Numbered from the stretch's first letter, positions 10,885 through 21,150 are shown. The stretch is 34,845 bases of DNA from Chiloscyllium plagiosum (GCF_004010195.1 NW_025213640.1:1-34845), one strand, 5' to 3'. The notes: generated from the letters alone by a model not told the origin. Program-made: numbers and translations.

Positions 10885-11770
10885 ATGGTGAGCTGCCTTC
10901 CTGAACCACCGCAGATCATGCACTGTACTTGGACCCACAATGCCGTAAGGAAGGGAATTCCAGGATTTTGACCCAGCAACGCAGAGAGCTGTGGTGATAT
11001 ATTTTCAAGTTAGGGTGTCGAGTACTTGCAGGTGGTGGCGTTTCCATGTATCTGCTGCCCTTGACCTTCTAGGTAGTGAAGTTTACCAGTTAGAAGATGG
11101 TTAAGGAGCCTTGGTGAGCTTCTACAGTGCATTTTGTAGACGGTACACACTGCTGCTCCTGAACATCAGTGGTGGAGGGAGGGGAATGTGGTGAAAATGT
11201 GTTGCTGGAAAAGCGCAGCAGGTCAGGCAGCATCCAAGGAGCAGGAGAATCGCGCAGGAGATTCTCCTGTTCCTTGGATGCTGCCTGACCTGCTGCGCTT
11301 TTCCAGCAACACATTTTCAGCTCTGATCTCCAGCATCTGCAGACCTCACTTTCTCCTCGGAGGGGAATGTGGTGCCAATTGAGCAAGGGCTGTGTTGTAA
11401 TGGATGGTGTCAAGCTTCTTGAGTGTTGTTGGAGCTGCATCATTGAGGCAAATGGGAGAAATCCTTCACACTTCTACCCTATGCCTTGTGGATGGGTGGC
11501 CAGGCTGTGGGGAATCGGGGAGGCGGGGGGTAGTGATTTGCTGGATTCTTAGCCTCTGACCTGCTCTTGTTATAAGGTTTAGTTGAGTCTCTGGTTGTTG
11601 GTAGCTCCCTCCCCCAGGATATTGGCCGTGGAGGATTCAGTGATGATACTGCCACTGAACGTCACAATGCAAAGGCGAGGTTCTCATGTTGGAGACGACC
11701 ATTGCCTGGCATGTGACATTGCACTGTCTCAGCCAGGCCCTGCATTTCAACATGAACTGCTTCAGTATCT
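10885..11770 (-). mobile_element. Degenerate CR1/L2-group LINE fragment hosting a palindromic insertion
   Basis: Minus-strand AAPTTLKKLDTI and AAVCTVYKMHCRSSPRLL motifs. Confidence 0.6.
11194..11358. mobile_element. Palindromic Penelope-like insertion with a 16-bp target-site duplication
   Basis: 60-bp inverted arms 11192-11251 and 11260-11319 (1 mismatch); ggaggggaatgtggtg is duplicated at 11178-11193 and 11359-11374. Confidence 0.8.
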
Positions 11771-12283
11771 GGGAACTGCATTGTGTAACCTTCAGGGAAG
11801 ATCCCACTTCTCAAACAAGCACTGTAAATCTTTTTCTCAATTAGTCATATCAGACTCGAAACATTACTGTTATTTCTCTCACCACTGCTGCTGCGTGACC
11901 CACAGAGTTCCTTCAGAATGGGAAGTACTTGTTTTACGATCTCTAGTATCCACAGTACTTTGCTTGCTCCTCCACTTCTGACCTTATCGTGCAAGGAAGG
12001 TCATTGATGAAGCAACTAGCAATGGCTGACCCTTTTCCCATATCAAAGTACTTCATGTACCATACGGAACTACCTGTTCAGGTGTGTTATTTCTCACCTC
12101 TGAGCCATCAGAGACTTGAACATGGGCCTTCTGGCCCAGAGACAGGGACACTACTTCTGTACTACTCGAGTGCTCAAATTAATCTGCTCAAGACAAGTCC
12201 TCCAGGGCGGGGAGAACTTGAACCTAGCCCAGAAAGACAGCCATTCCCACTGCACTACGAGCACGCACTCACTAACCCCCAGT

Positions 12284-12712
12284 TAAGATTCCAGTCTGTA
12301 ACCCCCTCCCGGGGTATCTGTTATTCTGTATATAACCCACCCCGAACCCCTCGATTAGATTCCAGTCTGTAACTCCCTCCCGGGGTATCTGTTATTCTGT
12401 ATATAAACCACCCCGAACCCCACGATTAGATTCCAGTCTGTAACTCCCAACCGGGGTATCTGTTATTCTGTATATAAACCACCCCGAACCCCTCGAATAG
12501 ATTCCAGTCTGTAACTCCCTCCCGGGGTATCTGTTATTCTGTATATAAACCCACCCCGAACCCCTCGATTAGATCCCAGCCTGTAACTCCCTCCCGGGGT
12601 ATCTGTTATTCTGTATATAAACCCACCCCGAACCCCTCGATTAGATCCCAGCCTGTAACTCCCTCCCGGGGTATCTGTTATTCAGTATATAAACCACCCC
12701 GAACCCCTCGAT
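12284..12712. repeat. Minisatellite, ~71-72-bp unit, ~6 copies
   Basis: Unit ttagattccagtctgtaactccctcccggggtatctgttattctgtatataaaccaccccgaacccctcga. Confidence 0.95.
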
Positions 12713-12714
12713 TT

Positions 12715-12950
12715 CTGACAGTGCCCACTCCCTCAGCACTGACCCTCTGACAGTGCCCACTCCCTCAGCACTGACCCTCTGACAGTGCCCACTCCCTCAG
12801 CGCTGACCCTCCGACAGTGCCCACTCCCTCAGCACTGACCCTCCGACAGTGCCCGCTCCCTCAGCACTGACTCTCCGACAGTGCCCGCTCCGTCAGCACT
12901 GACTCTCCGACAGTGCCCACTCCCTCAGCACTGACCCTCCGACAGTGCCC
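12715..12950. repeat. Minisatellite, 32-bp unit, ~7 copies (probably derived from a Deu-domain SINE)
   Basis: Unit c(t/c)gacagtgcccactccctcagcactgaccct. Confidence 0.95.
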
Positions 12951-12992
12951 GGCGTGTACCTGAACTGGCGTGACGTTGGATTAAGTACTCAC

Positions 12993-13018
12993 CAGTACAC
13001 CTTCTCATCGTGGATCAC
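12993..13018 (-). CDS. SLC24 (NCKX3/4/5-like Na+/K+/Ca2+ exchanger) internal 26-nt exon, VIHDEKVY(W); last recognisable exon
   Basis: tttgtttgcag|GTGATCCACGATGAGAAGGTGTACTG|gtgagt; homologous to FIYDEKVSW of NCKX3. Confidence 0.85.
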
Positions 13019-13070
13019 CTGCAAACAAAGCAGAGATCTCTTCAGGCAAAATACAAGTGAGTCCATTAGG

Positions 13071-13340
13071 GGCGGCACGGTGGCTCAGTGGTTAGCACTG
13101 CTGCCTCACAGCGCCAGGGAGCCGGGTTCAATTCCAGCTTCGGGTGACTGTCTGTGTGGAGTTTGCACATTCTCCCCGTGTCTGCGTGGGTTTCCTCCGG
13201 GTGCTCCGGTTTCCTCCCACAGTCCAAAGACGTGCGGGTCAGGGTGGATTGGCCGTGGGAACTGCAGGGATAGGGTAGGGAGTCATTGCAGACTTGAGGG
13301 CCCGAATGGCCTCTTTTCACACTCCAGGGATTGTATGAAT
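13071..13340 (+). mobile_element. HE1-like V-SINE
   Basis: ggcggcacggtggctcagtggttagcactgctgcctcacagcgccagggagccgggttcaattcc followed by the V-domain. Confidence 0.9.
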
Positions 13341-13423
13341 CTGCATCACCACTCACCCTAACAGGAACATATCAATTACAATTGGCCAGAACTGAGCCCC
13401 AGGTCCCCAGGAGATGAACTCAC

Positions 13424-13498
13424 CAGAATGAGAGCAAGTACTGAGATGATGTAGGAGACAGAATCTCGGAACAGAGACCACCAAGTCAGGGCCACGTC
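13424..13498 (-). CDS. SLC24 exchanger 75-nt exon, DVALTWWSLFRDSVSYIISVLALIL
   Basis: ttccag|GAC...CTG|gtgagt; conserved RDS motif. Confidence 0.9.
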
Positions 13499-13554
13499 CT
13501 GGAACGCAACAGAAAGTACAGAGACTCAGTAATTCGTACCAGGTCCCAGTCCCC

Positions 13555-13556
<2 letters not shown>

Positions 13557-13591
<35 letters not shown>

Positions 13592-13725
13592 CAGAGAGAC
13601 CGAGCCTGTACCCCAGTGAGAGTCTGTGTGTGTGTGTGTCCGTACCCCAGTGAGAGTCAGTGTGTGTGTGTGTGTGTGAGAGCCCGTACCCCAGTGACAG
13701 TCAGTGTGTGTGTGTGTGTGTGAGC
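13557..13725. repeat. (TG)n microsatellite and gtaccccagtgagagtc-(tg)n compound repeat
   Basis: Directly visible. Confidence 0.9.
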
Positions 13726-13807
13726 CATACCCCGGTGGGGTGATGGGGGATGTGTGATGTCGGGGGGTTGATGGGACTGGGTAACACTAACTGAAGAGCT
13801 CACGTAC

Positions 13808-13911
13808 GTGTGCTGCAAAGAGTCCACAGAGGCCGATGATGCAGAGAATGTTGAAGACAGCTGAGCCCACGATGGTTCCCACTCCCACATCACTCTTTGC
13901 GATGAACACCC
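13808..13911 (-). CDS. SLC24 exchanger 104-nt exon, (G)VFIAKSDVGVGTIVGSAVFNILCIIGLCGLFAAH (alpha-1 repeat)
   Basis: ctgcag|GG GTG TTC...CAC|gtacgt; hallmark GTIVGSAVFNIL. Confidence 0.95.
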
Positions 13912-14079
13912 CTGCAGTGTGGAGAGAAAGCATGAAAAGGGAAACTGGGGGCAGGCTCCCCTTGCTGCATCCCCTCCCTGACTCAACAGCCTCGCACACA
14001 GCAGGAAAGTCCCAGGCTGTGTTTGTGGCCTACTGCTCACTTTATTTAACCCCTTCACAGGAATGCGGACGTTGCTGGT

Positions 14080-14350
14080 AAGAGGGGCATTTATTACCCA
14101 TCCTGGAACGTCCCTTGGGCTGATTGGCTTACACAGTGCTTTTCAGAGTCAGACGCGTCGCTGAGGGTCAGGAGTCACATGTAGGCCAGACAGGTAAGGA
14201 CGGCAGATTTCCTTCCCTCAAGGATCCAGATTGTTTTTTTTAACAACAATGGATGATATTTGCCGGGATCACCACACCCCTACCACCCTCACCGAGACTG
14301 GTTTCTAACTCCAAATACTTTGTTTGGGATGACCCACCAGTTGCCATGAC
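14080..14350 (-). mobile_element. Degenerate DeuSINE/SacSINE-like element
   Basis: gcatttattacccatcc...ggagtcacatgtaggccagacaggtaaggacggcagatttccttccct. Confidence 0.55.
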
Positions 14351-14611
14351 GATTGGCTGTGTGTACCCAGGACTCCTGCTCCTGGCCTCTGCTTTACAAT
14401 AGTCACTAGTTAGCCTCATGGAGCTGGATCCCAAACGCGCCCTCAGTCGGCAAGTTCGGCTCCATTCATGACCTAGTGTAGCCAAGCTACCTCACTGAAA
14501 CTGTGAGCAGGAAAATCCCAGGCTCCATTCACGGCCAGACAAAGCCAAATCACACAGAGACAGGCTCTGAATTGGGCTAGGCCCCAACCTCCTGACCTCA
14601 AGTACTGTACT

Positions 14612-14950
14612 TTTTATTTATTCATTCACAGGATAAGGGCATCGCTGGCCGGGCCAGCATTTATTGCCCACCCCTAATTGCCCAGAGGGCAGTTAAGAGC
14701 CAACCACATTGCTGTGGGTCTGGTGTTACGTGGAGAACAGACTGGATAAAGATGGCAGTTTCCTTCCTTAAAGGACATTAGTGAAGCAGATGGCTTTTTT
14801 CCGACAATTGGCAATGTTGGAATCATTAGACTCTTAATTCCAGATTTTTATTGAATTTAAATTCCACCATCTACGGTGGCAGGATTCGAACCCGGCTCCC
14901 CAGAACATGACCTGGGTCTCTGGGTTAATAGTCCAATGATAATATAACCA
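14612..14950 (-). mobile_element. DeuSINE/SacSINE-like element
   Basis: Tail tttattcattcac; body gccagcatttattgcccacccctaattgccc...gatggcagtttccttcc; reversed tRNA B box ggattcgaacccgg. Confidence 0.65.
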
Positions 14951-15065
14951 GGCCTTCGCCTGCCCGATCCACATTCCAGCCCTAGACCAGAGAGTAGGCC
15001 CAGGCTGGATTCTCGGCCTACTTCAGGCCTCGCTGTGCTGCCTGGCCAAGGTAAAGAGGACGTAC

Positions 15066-15150
15066 CAATCAGAGAGGTGAAAAGCTCAGGGGCCGAACTC
15101 CCAGCCGCCATGAAGGTAGCGCCGGCCACGTCTTCACTCAGGTGCAGGTG
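15066..15150 (-). CDS. SLC24 exchanger 85-nt exon, [28 protein letters not shown](G) (alpha-1 repeat)
   Basis: ttcacag|CAC...ATTG|gtacgt; hallmark [18 protein letters not shown]. Confidence 0.95.
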
Positions 15151-15329
15151 CTGTGAAATAAACAGCTCAAACAGTCAGAACGGTCACAGAGTGCGGGCAG
15201 GCCACACTGACCTCACCCTGCGGCTTTCTGGGACTCTTTCCCTGTATCTCCATTCCGAGGCTTAAATACAGAGAAAGTCCAACCCCGGTCCTCACTCACT
15301 ATTCCCAAACTGTCAGCCTCATCTGGTCA

Positions 15330-15733
15330 GGGACAGGGACAGCACGGGCTTAAATACAGAGTAAAGCTCCCTCTACACTGTCCCCCCATCAAACACTCCC
15401 AGGACAGGGACAGCACGGGGTTAGATACAGAGTAAAGCTCTCTCTACACTCTCCCCCCATCAAACACTCCCAGGACAGGGACAGCACGGAGTTAGATACA
15501 GAGTAAAGCTCCCTCTACACTGTCCCCCCATCAAACACTCCCAGGACAGGGACAGCACGGGGTTAGATACAGAGTAAAGCTCTCTCTACACTGTCACCCC
15601 ATCAAACACTCCCAGGACAGGGACAGCATTGGGTTAGATACAGAGTAATGCTCCCTCTACACTGTCCCCCCCATCAAACACTCCCAGGACAGGGACAGCA
15701 CGGGGTTAGATACAGAGTAAAGCTCCCTCTACA
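15330..15733. repeat. Minisatellite, ~70-71-bp unit, ~6 copies (probably derived from a SINE tail)
   Basis: Unit ttagatacagagtaaagctccctctacactgtccccccatcaaacactcccaggacagggacagcacgggg. Confidence 0.95.
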
Positions 15734-15862
15734 CCGTGCTGGTACAGGTATTGTGGGTAAATTGTTGGTTTTGGAAGTGGCTGTTGATCACTCCAGCTGA
15801 CACTCTAGTTTGCATCACATGACCATTCCGGATTATCCGGATCCTGGGAACGTCACACTCAC

Positions 15863-15937
15863 CTTGCAAATCTTTTCCAGAGATGGAACAAAGCAGCTGT
15901 CACACACAATTGCCAGGGCGTAGAACATGTACATTGC
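15863..15937 (-). CDS. SLC24 exchanger 75-nt exon, AMYMFYALAIVCDSCFVPSLEKICK
   Basis: ttcccaag|GCA...AAG|gtgagt; homologous to AIYMFYALAIVCDDFFVPSLEKICE of NCKX3/4. Confidence 0.92.
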
Positions 15938-16149
15938 CTTGGGAAGGAAGCAAGGGAAAGCTGCTTCAGCCTCCATACTTTCCAACAAATCATTCCACAA
16001 TCTCTGAAACACTTAACCGCCCCCCCACCCATCCACGGGGACCATTCGCCCATCCGTGCCTGTACTGTCCCTCCTGCCTCTGGGAGCAGCCTCTCCCTCA
16101 CTGACCCCTTCCCGATTCCGAACGCCTCGATTTGAGTCCCCTCACTCAC

Positions 16150-16230
16150 CACCCCCCAAACCTTCCCTGCTCCATAGAAATGATCCCACAGCATCTCCAG
16201 TCTCTCTCCACATCTCCTGAAGACTTCCAT
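16150..16230 (-). CDS. Candidate non-homologous start exon for the SLC24 cassette, MEVFRRCGERLEMLWDHFYGAGKVWGV
   Basis: gggaaATGG context; 27 codons; phase-0 GTG|gtgagt donor compatible with the phase-0 acceptor at 15937; no homology support. Confidence 0.25.
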
Positions 16231-16249
16231 TTCCCGCCCAGCAGCGTAA

Positions 16250-16730
16250 AAGTCAATTTACAAGGATGGTGCCTGGCCTCCAGGGTCTGAGTTACAGGGA
16301 GAGGTTGGACGGGCGAGGACCTTTCTCTTCAGAGTGTAGGAGGCTGATGGGGGACCTTATCGAGGTGTGTAAGACCATGAGAGGCAGGGATAGGGTGAAT
16401 GCACTCAGTGTTTGTCCCAGGGTTGGGGAGTCGAGGACTAGAGGGCATCAGTTTAAGGTTAGAGGGGAAAGAATAAAAGGGAACCTGAGGGGAAACCTTT
16501 TTACCCAGAGGGTGGTCCGCAGATGGAATGAGCTGCCAGTGGAAGGGGTTGGGGCGGGTACATTAACAACATTTAAAAGGCATTTGGACACACACATGGA
16601 CAGGAGAGGGATAGAAGGATATGGGCCAGGTGTAGGGAAATGGGGGTTAATGTGGATGGATGTTGGGGTTGGCAGGGACCAGTGTGGGCCGAAGGGTCTG
16701 TCTGCATGCTGTCGGACTTTAAGACTCTAA
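16250..16730 (+). mobile_element. CR1/HER1 LINE 3' fragment
   Basis: ORF MVPGLQGLSYRERLD...FTQRVVRRWNELP. Confidence 0.9.
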
Positions 16731-17134
16731 TTGACGATACAGAGGTGTCTGTAAGTATTCTCAGTAACTTTCAAAAAAGCATTGGACTACCCTGAAAAAG
16801 GTGGTTCACACAGTCACCTGACTGGACTCTGCAGTAACCTTCCAGAAGTTTCTCAGAGGTCATTGTTCACCTGACAACCTTTGACCTCTCCTGGTGGCTC
16901 TGGACATTGATGTTTGTTTCCAGCTGAAGAAATCCCTCCACATCTCGGTTCGCAAGGGTCGCCCACTTCACCCTCAGGCTGTGCCCTCAGCTCCTGGTCT
17001 CTCCTACCGATGGAAACATCTTCCCCGTGTCCCCTTCCCCCCCCTATCCAGATTCCCCCACCCCCCCCCCATCCTTCTAAACTCCATCGAGTACAGACCC
17101 CGAGTCCCCAACCACTCCTCATGTATCTGATCAA

Positions 17135-17716
17135 CTGCAGAATTGGGCTGAGAGGTGGCAAATGGAGTTCGATGCAGCTAAATGTGAGGTGATGCACTTT
17201 GGGAAGAATAACAGGATGGCAGAGTACTGGGTCAATGGAAAGGTTCTTGGTAGTGTAGATGTGCAAAGGGATCTTGGAGTCCATGTACATAGATCCCTGA
17301 AAGTTGAGGAAAGGCTGAGGGACTTGGGTCTGTTCTCATTGGAAAGAAGGCAGCTAAGGCGCGATTTGATAGAGACGTACAAGATGATCAGAGATTAGAT
17401 AGGGTAGACAGTGAAAGTCTTTTTCCTAGGATGATGACGTCAGTGTGTACGAGGGGGCATAACGACAAATTGAGGGGTGACAGATTTAAGACAGATGTCA
17501 GAGACAGGTTCTTTACTCAGAGAGTGGTAAGGGTGTGGAATGCCCTTCCTGCTAATGTAGTTAACTCAGCCACATGAGGGAGATTTAAACAATCCTTGGA
17601 TAAGCACATGGATGATGATGGGATAGTGTAGGGGGACGAGCTGAGAATAGTTCACAGGTCGGCACAACATTGAGGGCCGAAGGGCCTGTTCTGCGCTGTA
17701 TTGTTCTATGTTCTAT
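17135..17716 (+). mobile_element. CR1 LINE 3' fragment, internally deleted; same subfamily as 10347-10880
   Basis: MEFDAAKCEVMHFG...LGLFSLERRQLRRDLIETYK; tail gggccgaagggcctgttctgcgctgtattgttctatgttcta. Confidence 0.9.
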
Positions 17717-18400
17717 ATCCCCCCGCGATCATCCCTGTAAACCCCCTCAGCACGCATGCCCCCCTCCCCCTCCAATGGCAACACATTCTTCCTCAGAAAC
17801 GGGGCCCAAAACTGCTCGCAATATTCCAAAAGCAGCCAGACCCAGAGCCTTGTACAGCCTCAGCAGTACGTCTCTGCTCTTGTATTCTAGCCCTCTTGAA
17901 ATGAACGCTAACGCTGCATTTGCCTTCCTAACTGCCAACTGAACCTGCATGTTAATCTTGAGAGAATCCTGAACCAGGACTCCCAAGTCTCTTTGTGCTT
18001 CAGATTTCCCCCTTTCGAAAACGGTCCGTGCCTCTAATCTACCGGTCAAACCCGCACTTCCCCACATCGCGCTCCATCTGCCAATTCTTTCCCTGCCCTC
18101 CCAGCCTGTCCTAGCTCCGCCTGCAGCCTCCCTCCCTCCTTTACACTTCCCGTCTCTCCGCCTATCTCTGGTAACAATAAGGCCCTCAGTTCCTCCATCT
18201 GGATTGTTTATGTGGAACGTGAACAGCCAGGGTCCCAACACCGACCCCCTTGTGGAACCCCACTAGTCACCGGCTGCCATCCTGACTAACACCCTTTCAT
18301 CCCCACTCTCTGCTTTCTGCCATCCAGCCAATCCTCTCTCCATGCTGGCACCTTGTCCCGAACACCATGGGCTGCCTCCTGGGTGGCACCTTGTCAAAAT
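17717..18400 (-). mobile_element. CR1 LINE RT-domain fragment
   Basis: GVPQGGSVLGPWLF, RDLGVLVQDSLK and LLRLYKAL motifs. Confidence 0.85.
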
Positions 18401-20100
18401 ATTTTGGTTTCATTTATTAAACTGACGGGCAATTAATTGACCCATATTGGGTGATCCCATCAGACTGGGTCAATCCAGGGATGTGTAGGTCATGGTAATG
18501 ACCACAAACGGTTTTTAATCAACTTTAACATGGGCTGCCTCCTGGGTGGCACCTTGTCAAAATATTTTGGTTTCAGTTATTAAACTGACCCACATTGGGT
18601 GATCCCATCAGACTGGGTCAATCCAGAGACAGGTTGTTCGTGGTAATGACCACAAACGGTTTTTAATCAACTTTAATCTGGACATGGGGTTTTAGGAGTA
18701 AGTTGAGGTAGAGTAACTGACAGTTCACTCATCCTGAATTATCTTCAAGGCACCAATCAGTTCCATTAGTATCCAACATCAGCTTCCTTCCAATTCAATC
18801 CATCTACTGCCTCCACAAAAGAACCGAAACCCCCAGTGGATCTGTTAGCAATTATCGAATTTTTACAACCTTTATCATAGAATCCCGAGAGTGTGGACTC
18901 TGGCCATTTGGCCCATCGAGTCCACATCAACCCTCTGAAGAGCAGCCCACTCAGACCCACTCCATACCCATAACCCTGCATTTCCACATGGCCAATCCAC
19001 CCTAACCTGCACATCCCTGGGCACTATGGGACAATTCCCCATGGCCAATCCACCCTAACCTGCACATCCCTGGACACTATGGGACAATTTCCCATGGCCA
19101 ATCCACCCAAACCTGCACATCCCTGGGCACTATGGGACAATTTCCCACGGCCAATCCACCCTAACCTGTACATCCCTGGGCACTATGGGACAATATCCCA
19201 CGGCCAATCCACCCTAACCTGTACATCCCTGGGCACTATGGGACACAGCCAGGGTCCCAACACCGACCCCCTTGTGGAACCCCACTAGTCACCGGCTGCC
19301 ATCCTGACTAACACCCTTTCATCCCCACTCTCTGCTTTCTGCCATCCAGCCAATCCTCTCTCCATGCTGGCACCTTGTCCCGAACACCATGGGCTGCCTC
19401 CTGGGTGGCACCTTGTCAAAATATTTTGGTTTCAGTTATTAAACTGACCCACATTGGGTGATCCCATCAGACTGGGTCAATCCAGAGACAGGTTGTTCGT
19501 GGTAATGACCACAAACGGTTTTTAATCAACTTTAATCTGGACATGGGGTTTTAGGAGTAAGTTGAGGTAGAGTAACTGACAGTTCACTCATCCTGAATTA
19601 TCTTCAAGGCACCAATCAGTTCCATTAGTATCCAACATCAGCTTCCTTCCAATTCAATCCATCTACTGCCTCCACAAAAGAACCGAAACCCCCAGTGGAT
19701 CTGTTAGCAATTATCGAATTTTTACAACCTTTATCATAGAATCCCGAGAGTGTGGACTCTGGCCATTTGGCACATCGAGTCCACATCAACCCTCTGAAGA
19801 GCAGCCCACTCAGACCCACCCCATACCCATAACCCTGCATTTCCACATGGCCAATCCACCCTAACCTGCACATCCCTGGGCACTATGGGACAATTTCCCA
19901 CGGCCAATCCACCCTAACCTGCACATCCCTGGGCACTATGGGACAATTTCCCATGGCCAATCCACCCTAACCTGCACATCCCTGGACACTATGGGACAAT
20001 TTCCCACGGCCAATCCACCCTAACCTGCACATCCCTGGGCACTATGGGACAATTTCCCATGGCCAATCCACCCTAACCTGGACATCCCTGGACACTATGG
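18223..20100. repeat. ~1-kb direct tandem duplication (copies start at 18223 and 19245); copy 1 has an extra 163-bp internal duplication
   Basis: Near-identical text acagccagggtcccaacaccgacc...; the ORFs at 18766-19014 and 19625-19873 differ by one residue. Confidence 0.95.
18990..19243 (-). repeat. 53-bp SINE-internal minisatellite, ~5 copies
   Basis: Unit ggccaatccaccctaacctgcacatccctgggcactatgggacaatttcccat. Confidence 0.95.
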
Positions 20101-20616
20101 GACAATTTCCCACGGCCAATCCACCCTAACCTGCACATCCCTGGGCACTGTGGGGCAATTTCCCATGGCCAATCCACCCTAACCTGCACATCCCTGGGCA
20201 CTATGGGACAATTTCCCAGGGCCAATCCACCCTAACCTGCACATCCCTGGGCACAATAGGACTATTTCCCATGGTCAATCCACCCTAACCTGCACATCCC
20301 TGGGCACTATAGGACAATTTCCCAGGGCCAATCCACCCTAACCTGCACATCCCTGGGCACTATAGGACAATTACCCATGGCCAATCCACCCTAACCTGCA
20401 CATCCCTGGGCACTATCGGACAATTACCCATGGCCAATCCACCCTAACCTGCACATCCCTGGGCACTATGGGACAATTTCCCATGGCCAACCCACCCTAA
20501 CCTGCACATCCCTGGGCACTATGTGACAATGTCCCATGGCCAATTCACCCTAACCTGCACATCCCTGGGCACTATGTGACAATGTCCCATGGCCAACCCA
20601 CCCTAACCTGTACATC
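19849..20616 (-). repeat. 53-bp SINE-internal minisatellite, ~14.5 copies
   Basis: Same unit as 18990-19243; period 53 (19849, 19902, ...). Confidence 0.97.
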
Positions 20617-20699
20617 TTTGGACTGTGGGAGGAAACCGGAGCACCCGGAGGAAACCCACGCAGATCGGGGGGAGAATGTGCAAACTCCACACAGACAGG

Positions 20700-21150
20700 C
20701 ACAGTGTCTACAGCACGGAAACAGACCCTTCGGTCCAACCAGCCCGTGCTGACCCTAACCCCAAACTAAACTAGTCCCAGCTGCCTGCTCCTGGCCCATC
20801 TCCCTCCAACCCTTTCCTATCCAGGTCCTTATCCAAATGTACCCACACCCCCCACTCCCTCAGGAAGTTCACTCCACACACAGACCACCCTCTGGGTGAA
20901 AATATTGCCCCTCATGTCTTTGTTAAATCTCTCTCCCCTCTCTTCAAAAATATGCCCCCCTAGTCTTGAAATTCCCCACCCCAGGGAACAGACAGCTACC
21001 ATTCACCCGATCCATGCCCCTCATGGTTTTATAAACTTTGATCAGGACACCTCTCAACTTCCTACACTCCAGTCAATCTTAATAGCTCAAGTTTGCCAAC
21101 GCGAGCAAATCTCTTCTGAACCATCTCCGGTTTAATAATATCCCTTCCAA
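20700..21150 (-). mobile_element. CR1 LINE 3' fragment
   Basis: Reverse tail tacagcacggaaacagacccttcggtccaacc. Confidence 0.8.

Noticed and set aside
12030..12090. ATGAA|gt as the end of the missing 54-nt SLC24 exon (a similar site lies near 5515)
   Set aside because: The upstream frame is not hydrophobic and has a stop, or lacks an acceptor at the right distance.
13071..13140. tRNA-like A/B boxes (also at ~9440 and ~25940)
   Set aside because: They are SINE heads continuing into the V-domain, not tRNA genes.
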